From an archaeon (GTDB lineage Archaea > Asgardarchaeota > Thorarchaeia > Thorarchaeales > Thorarchaeaceae), in NCBI GenBank assembly GCA_024275415.1, contig JAJRZD010000006.1, forward strand, positions 1 to 29,672: a stretch of 29,672 nucleotides of DNA, read 5' to 3'. The notes beneath the pieces were generated by a model. The model was not told where the DNA came from, did not search any database, and saw nothing but the letters and a program-made list of their open reading frames with translations. Shown here in pieces: positions 26,659 to 29,672 of this stretch (position 1 is its first letter; each line of letters starts with the position of its first letter). Both the position numbers and the translations under genes were made by a program.

Positions 26659-27048
26659 ATGTGTACAACCCTACGGATTCTTCTGGTTGATGATGATATT
26701 GACCTGTGCAGGGTGCTAGGCTTGTTCTTTAAAGATAAGGGACATGAGATTGTGTATGTCCACGATAGAGATCAAGCTCTTGACATTTTCGAACAACAAG
26801 AATTTGATTTGATATTGCTTGATGAGAACCTTCCCAATGGCTCTGGGCTAGGTGTTATTGAGGATCTCTTGAAGATGAACCCGCATATTCCAATCATTGT
26901 CCTTTCAGGCTACTACTCACGAGGGATGAACGACCAAGCTCTCGAATTAGGTGCAATCGGATGCATAACAAAAGACATTGATGTAAAAGAAATCATTCCC
27001 CGTATTGAATCAGTCCTTGAAAAATATCGAGTCACATCATTTTCATGA
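26659..27048 (+). CDS. Stand-alone response regulator (REC), 129 aa
   Basis: LVDDD, LLDENLP, VLSG, ITKD. The conserved Lys is kept but the following Pro is replaced by Asp. Confidence 0.9.
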   Translation: MCTTLRILLVDDDIDLCRVLGLFFKDKGHEIVYVHDRDQALDIFEQQEFDLILLDENLPNGSGLGVIEDLLKMNPHIPIIVLSGYYSRGMNDQALELGAIGCITKDIDVKEIIPRIESVLEKYRVTSFS

Positions 27049-27268
27049 ATAACTCGACTCGTCTAAAAGTCTAGTCTGCTAGAATCTGCTCGTAATCCTT
27101 TCTTACGCTGGCACACATAGTATTGTGTATTTTTTGGGAGCTGCAATGCATCATATGCAATAGATTGTTCCTATTCAAATCCTGTTCCTCCGTTAAATCG
27201 ACCGTCCCCTCACGAGTCTAATCACTTGGGCATGCCAGTCGAATCGCAGCATTAATAAATAGATGATA

Positions 27269-27291
27269 AATATGTATATGATATACATATT
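27269..27291. promoter_or_regulatory. Perfect 10-3-10 palindrome (candidate operator) upstream of the CopD-like / PadR genes
   Basis: aatatgtata-tga-tatacatatt, ending 26 nt before ATG 27318. Confidence 0.65.
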
Positions 27292-27317
27292 CACAATCTA
27301 CTTATGAGGTGAAAAAT

Positions 27318-27809
27318 ATGGCAGAACCACTCGTACTGGGACTCGTGGAGTTCCTGCACAATCTATTCACGACTCTATGGATTGGCGGCCTTTTCACATT
27401 GGCATTCATAGTCATGCCGTCCATAAAGAAGACTCTCGGGATGACTCCTGAAACAAAGCAACTGACAGGTGCTATCAAGACGCGCTTGAATAAAATAGTC
27501 TGGATTAGTATTGTTGGACTTTTTGTGACTGGGATTCCATTGAGCGTTAGTAACTCGCCAGACCTGTTCACTGGGTTCCTTAGTTTCAGCAACACCTATT
27601 CCTCGCTTCTTTCTATAAAGCACATTGTCGTCATCTTGATGGTCGCAATAGTAGCAGTTAGAGGAAATATCCTTCCAAAGATGGCAAGTTTACCCCCCTC
27701 GAAGAATGAGAAGATAAGCGCCCTTCTGATGATGGCTAATGTGGTTCTTGGAGTTGTCGTGTTGTTGTTAAGTGGGCTTTTGGCAACAACACCACTCCCC
27801 ACTCCGTGA
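27318..27809 (+). CDS. Four-TM CopD/DUF4149-like membrane protein, 163 aa
   Basis: FLHNLFTTLWIGGL...IVMP, IVWISIVGLFVTG and LLSIKHIVV match the CopD-family pattern (H..a..lWiGG, ltG, L..K). SD GAGGTGA at 27306-27312 points to ATG 27318. Confidence 0.7.
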   Translation: MAEPLVLGLVEFLHNLFTTLWIGGLFTLAFIVMPSIKKTLGMTPETKQLTGAIKTRLNKIVWISIVGLFVTGIPLSVSNSPDLFTGFLSFSNTYSSLLSIKHIVVILMVAIVAVRGNILPKMASLPPSKNEKISALLMMANVVLGVVVLLLSGLLATTPLPTP

Positions 27810-27875
27810 TGAATGAACTTATGTAGTCCGTTCTGAATGTACAGTGAAATCGCATAACATGAGGTCTGAGTCGCA

Positions 27876-28268
27876 TTGACACATGACACAGAACATGACT
27901 GCAAAGAGGCCAAGATAATTGGAGGTTCTTCGGATGGGAATGTCCTAGAGCCATTACCAATTGTCAGAGGCCTCATTCTCACTTTTATCCTGAAGCATCC
28001 AGAGTCAACAGGTTACGACCTAATGCGTTTGATTTCCGAGTTCACCAGTGATCTGATATGCCTGAAATCCGGAACACTCTATTCCGAGCTCCGAAGACTG
28101 GAACGTCAGGGCATGGTTCATTCAGTTCAAGAAACCTCTGGGAGAAGGCGTCGGAGCTATGTGATCACAGAACAGGGAAAGATCGAACTTCAACAGCTTG
28201 TTCAGCAGATGAAGGTTCGAGTCAGCTGCATCCTGTTGCCACTTATCTCCCTCATCGAGCAAAAGTGA
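27876..28268 (+). CDS. PadR-family winged-helix transcriptional regulator (start uncertain)
   Basis: GLILTFIL...TGYDL...KSGTLYSELRRLERQGMV...RRRRSYVITEQGK is the PadR signature. The only in-frame start is TTG 27876. Confidence 0.88.
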   Translation: MTHDTEHDCKEAKIIGGSSDGNVLEPLPIVRGLILTFILKHPESTGYDLMRLISEFTSDLICLKSGTLYSELRRLERQGMVHSVQETSGRRRRSYVITEQGKIELQQLVQQMKVRVSCILLPLISLIEQK

Positions 28269-28372
28269 TGCCTGAGCATCTTTTTGGAGAGCCGGCATTT
28301 CTATAGTTTGTCTATTGGACATTGCCTCCAAACCATGAACATGTTTTTCTTGCCCTGCACAGTTGCGGAGTT

Positions 28373-29569
28373 ATGTCCAGAGAGATTAGGAAATGTGAAC
28401 CAGATGACTCCGAGAAGATCTGGGAGCTCTTGTCTTACTCCTACGGAATTCCTCAGTCTTCTCGTGATGGATTTCTCAAGAAGTTTGAGATTATTGGATG
28501 CGAGTTCTACATCTATGAAAGGGGCGATAATACAGTTGCAACAGCCCGAGCCATCCCTTTCGAGCAGAATATCAGAGGAATCATGAAGCCGATGATTGGC
28601 AGTGCAATGGTGGCGAGTTCTCCTGAACACCGGATGAAGGGATACGTGAAGGAGCTGGTATTGGGAATACTGAGAAACGCCAGAGTTGAAGGAGTCGCTA
28701 CTAGCACACTCTACCCTTTCAAGGATATCTTCTACATGCGAATGGGCTATACCAAAATGCATCCCGTGAGTGTATTGCAAATCGACCCGAGGACTCTTTC
28801 ACGAATTGTGATGCCACATGGTTATTCAGTTAGTCGTGAACATGGAGATACCGCATTCGAGGCGTGGCGGACAATCCACGAAGAGGCTGTTGGAGAAATT
28901 CATGGTGCTGTGAGAAGGAATGACACAAGATGGAAGGAGATTACAGCGGACTACAATGGGCATGTGGTGATCGCAAGGAACTCTGAAGGTAAACCAGAAG
29001 GAGTTGTAGCTTACACTATAAAGGGATATGGTGAGGGATACTCTTGGGCGCCTACAGGTGAGGTCAGTATCAAGGACATTCATTGGACTACCTTGCCCGG
29101 AAGAGATTGTATCCTGAACTACTTACATCGTCACTCGGATCAGGTTGTCAAGATGGAGGTCATTGTGTCACAATGGTCTGATGACTATTACCATTGGCTC
29201 CACAACATTCATACTCCAAACCTTCGCGCTCACACAATTAGTATGGCTCGCATTGTTGGTGTCGAGAACGCATTGACCGGAATACCCGTACGGGGTGAAG
29301 GGACAGTAGCACTCGAAGTTGTTGATGGACAAGTGCCTGAGAACAGTGGCGTATACAGGATCACATGCTCTGATGGGATACTTGATGTTGTTCTTACGCA
29401 AGAACCTCCTGATGCTAACCTGACAATCGAAGGGCTGACGTCACTTCTCTATGGGAGCTTGAACCACGCTCAGTTGAGGTCGCTAGGATGGTTCAATGGT
29501 TCCGCCATGGCAGACAAGATTTTCGAGTGGGTCAGTAAATCATCATACTGGCTAACTGAAGAGTTCTAG
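28373..29569 (+). CDS. Eis-family (enhanced intracellular survival) GNAT acetyltransferase with C-terminal SCP2-like domain, 398 aa
   Basis: VASSPEHRMKGYVKEL, STLYPF...FYMRMGY, second GNAT-like domain, MARIVGVE, and VVDGQVPENSGVY...LTIEGLTSLLYG C-terminal module. Start placed at ATG 28373 behind GGAG. Confidence 0.88.
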   Translation: MSREIRKCEPDDSEKIWELLSYSYGIPQSSRDGFLKKFEIIGCEFYIYERGDNTVATARAIPFEQNIRGIMKPMIGSAMVASSPEHRMKGYVKELVLGILRNARVEGVATSTLYPFKDIFYMRMGYTKMHPVSVLQIDPRTLSRIVMPHGYSVSREHGDTAFEAWRTIHEEAVGEIHGAVRRNDTRWKEITADYNGHVVIARNSEGKPEGVVAYTIKGYGEGYSWAPTGEVSIKDIHWTTLPGRDCILNYLHRHSDQVVKMEVIVSQWSDDYYHWLHNIHTPNLRAHTISMARIVGVENALTGIPVRGEGTVALEVVDGQVPENSGVYRITCSDGILDVVLTQEPPDANLTIEGLTSLLYGSLNHAQLRSLGWFNGSAMADKIFEWVSKSSYWLTEEF

Positions 29570-29672
29570 CTGGTTCGGAATATGACAATTCCCTACATGG
29601 TGGGGATGGTGACTCTCTCAATCCTTCAGGAAACGCGGTCCGCTCCAAAAGGAGAAAGCACACAACAATAAG

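Noticed and set aside
28301-28780. 159-aa minus-strand ORF opposite the Eis-like gene
   Set aside because: Antisense to a well-supported gene, with no motif.
1057-29569. Genome-wide TAG reassignment
   Set aside because: TAG ends many clearly complete genes here (1059, 1702, 5276, 7810, 10224, 26444, 29569), so any read-through would have to be context-specific.
29570-29672. Possible 3' end of a convergent gene or an RNA at the window edge
   Set aside because: Only about 100 nt are visible, no frame gives a recognisable protein, and no tRNA cloverleaf is evident.

Overview
Archaeal chromosomal DNA, most likely an Asgard archaeon. Thorarchaeia is an inference from the ~90-aa Ig-like repeat surface protein, the longin-domain protein, the single-OB SSB, BRE/TATA promoters and GGTGA-type Shine-Dalgarno sites. 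The window is dominated by a signal-transduction cluster with six histidine-kinase-like genes and six receiver (REC) proteins. None of the REC proteins carries a DNA-binding output domain. Interspersed genes are a cupin, a soluble LonC-type protease, SSB, a class II aldolase, two GNAT acetyltransferases, a CopD-like membrane protein and a PadR regulator. Five oddities stand out. (1) Two adjacent, apparently coupled kinase genes have complementary defects: one has Ser in place of the phospho-His but intact ATP-binding boxes plus a C-terminal CxxC thioredoxin domain, and the other keeps the His and a multi-TM sensor but has lost the ATP-binding boxes. (2) A three-gene unit encodes a membrane-anchored REC, a 1191-aa SF2 helicase and a PAS-PAS kinase. 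(3) A longin plus tandem winged-helix protein with NPRL2-like architecture lies directly behind a REC gene. (4) An in-frame TAG splits the ATPase domain of one PAS kinase. (5) A second in-frame TAG-GTG junction joins the helicase to its kinase. No rRNA, tRNA, CRISPR array or mobile element could be supported. All domain calls come from reading motifs by eye, and no database searches were run.
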